From assembly GCA_035281345.1 (NCBI GenBank), contig DATEEB010000270.1:1-45785 (forward strand): 45,785 bases of DNA. Direction: 5' to 3'. The translations under genes and the position numbers were made by a program. Under the pieces are notes generated by a model. It ran no database searches. It was given only the letters and a program-made list of their open reading frames with translations, and had not been told where the DNA came from. Shown here piece after piece: positions 45,622 to 45,785 of the stretch. The stretch comes from Rhizomicrobium sp. Its GTDB lineage: Bacteria > Pseudomonadota > Alphaproteobacteria > Micropepsales > Micropepsaceae. Each line of letters begins with the position of its first letter. Within the stretch, counting starts at the first letter, position 1.

Positions 45622-45785
45622 TGAGACTCAACATCGCAACCAGGAGGGATCCGACAATCCCGGCCACCACAATGCCCATGATGATGGTGATGGCCGGCAC
45701 CATCAGGGCGACCAGGCGTTGGACGGTCTGTTGCACGTGATCGTCGTGAATGACGGCCACCCGAAGCGCCATCTCTCCCAGCCTG
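45605..45785 (-). CDS. gspF: GspF inner-membrane platform protein, 3' end (starts beyond the window)
   Basis: Hand translation: RLGEMALRVAVIHDDHVQQTVQRLVALMVPAITIIMGIVVAGIVGSLLVAMLSLNDLAG*. Confidence 0.8.
   Translation of the reverse strand, partial: RLGEMALRVAVIHDDHVQQTVQRLVALMVPAITIIMGIVVAGIVGSLLVAMLSLNDLAG

Overview
GC-rich bacterial DNA, probably from an alphaproteobacterium (inferred from gene content and protein style). The window has three parts. (1) 1-987: the 5' end of a DEAD-box RNA helicase and a small hypothetical gene. (2) About 1.1-24.1 kb: a complete Wzx/Wzy-type exopolysaccharide/capsule cluster with an ExoY-type priming transferase, Wza, an outer-membrane beta-barrel, Wzc, Wzy, Wzx, four GT4s and one GT2. 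It also carries three different sulfotransferases, a radical SAM enzyme, two secreted GH-A-like hydrolases and a secreted HAF-repeat-like protein. (3) 24.2-45.8 kb: a 3982-aa filamentous-haemagglutinin-family exoprotein, an enlarged DING/PstS-type phosphate-binding protein, and a rearranged type II secretion cluster (gspF partial, H, I, J, L, M, N/C, D, K, with gspG inverted). Reading the intergenic DNA shows Pho-box-like heptamers (YGTCAY-like, 11/22-bp phased) in front of most transcription units in both the EPS and secretion parts. In five cases the heptamer lies exactly 10 bp upstream of a TAnnnT -10 hexamer. Best hypothesis (inference): one phosphate-starvation-induced surface-remodelling island that couples a sulfated polysaccharide to an Hxc/Lap/PdtA-like secretion module. 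No RNA genes, CRISPR arrays or mobile elements were seen. All family assignments come from motif recognition by eye, not database searches.
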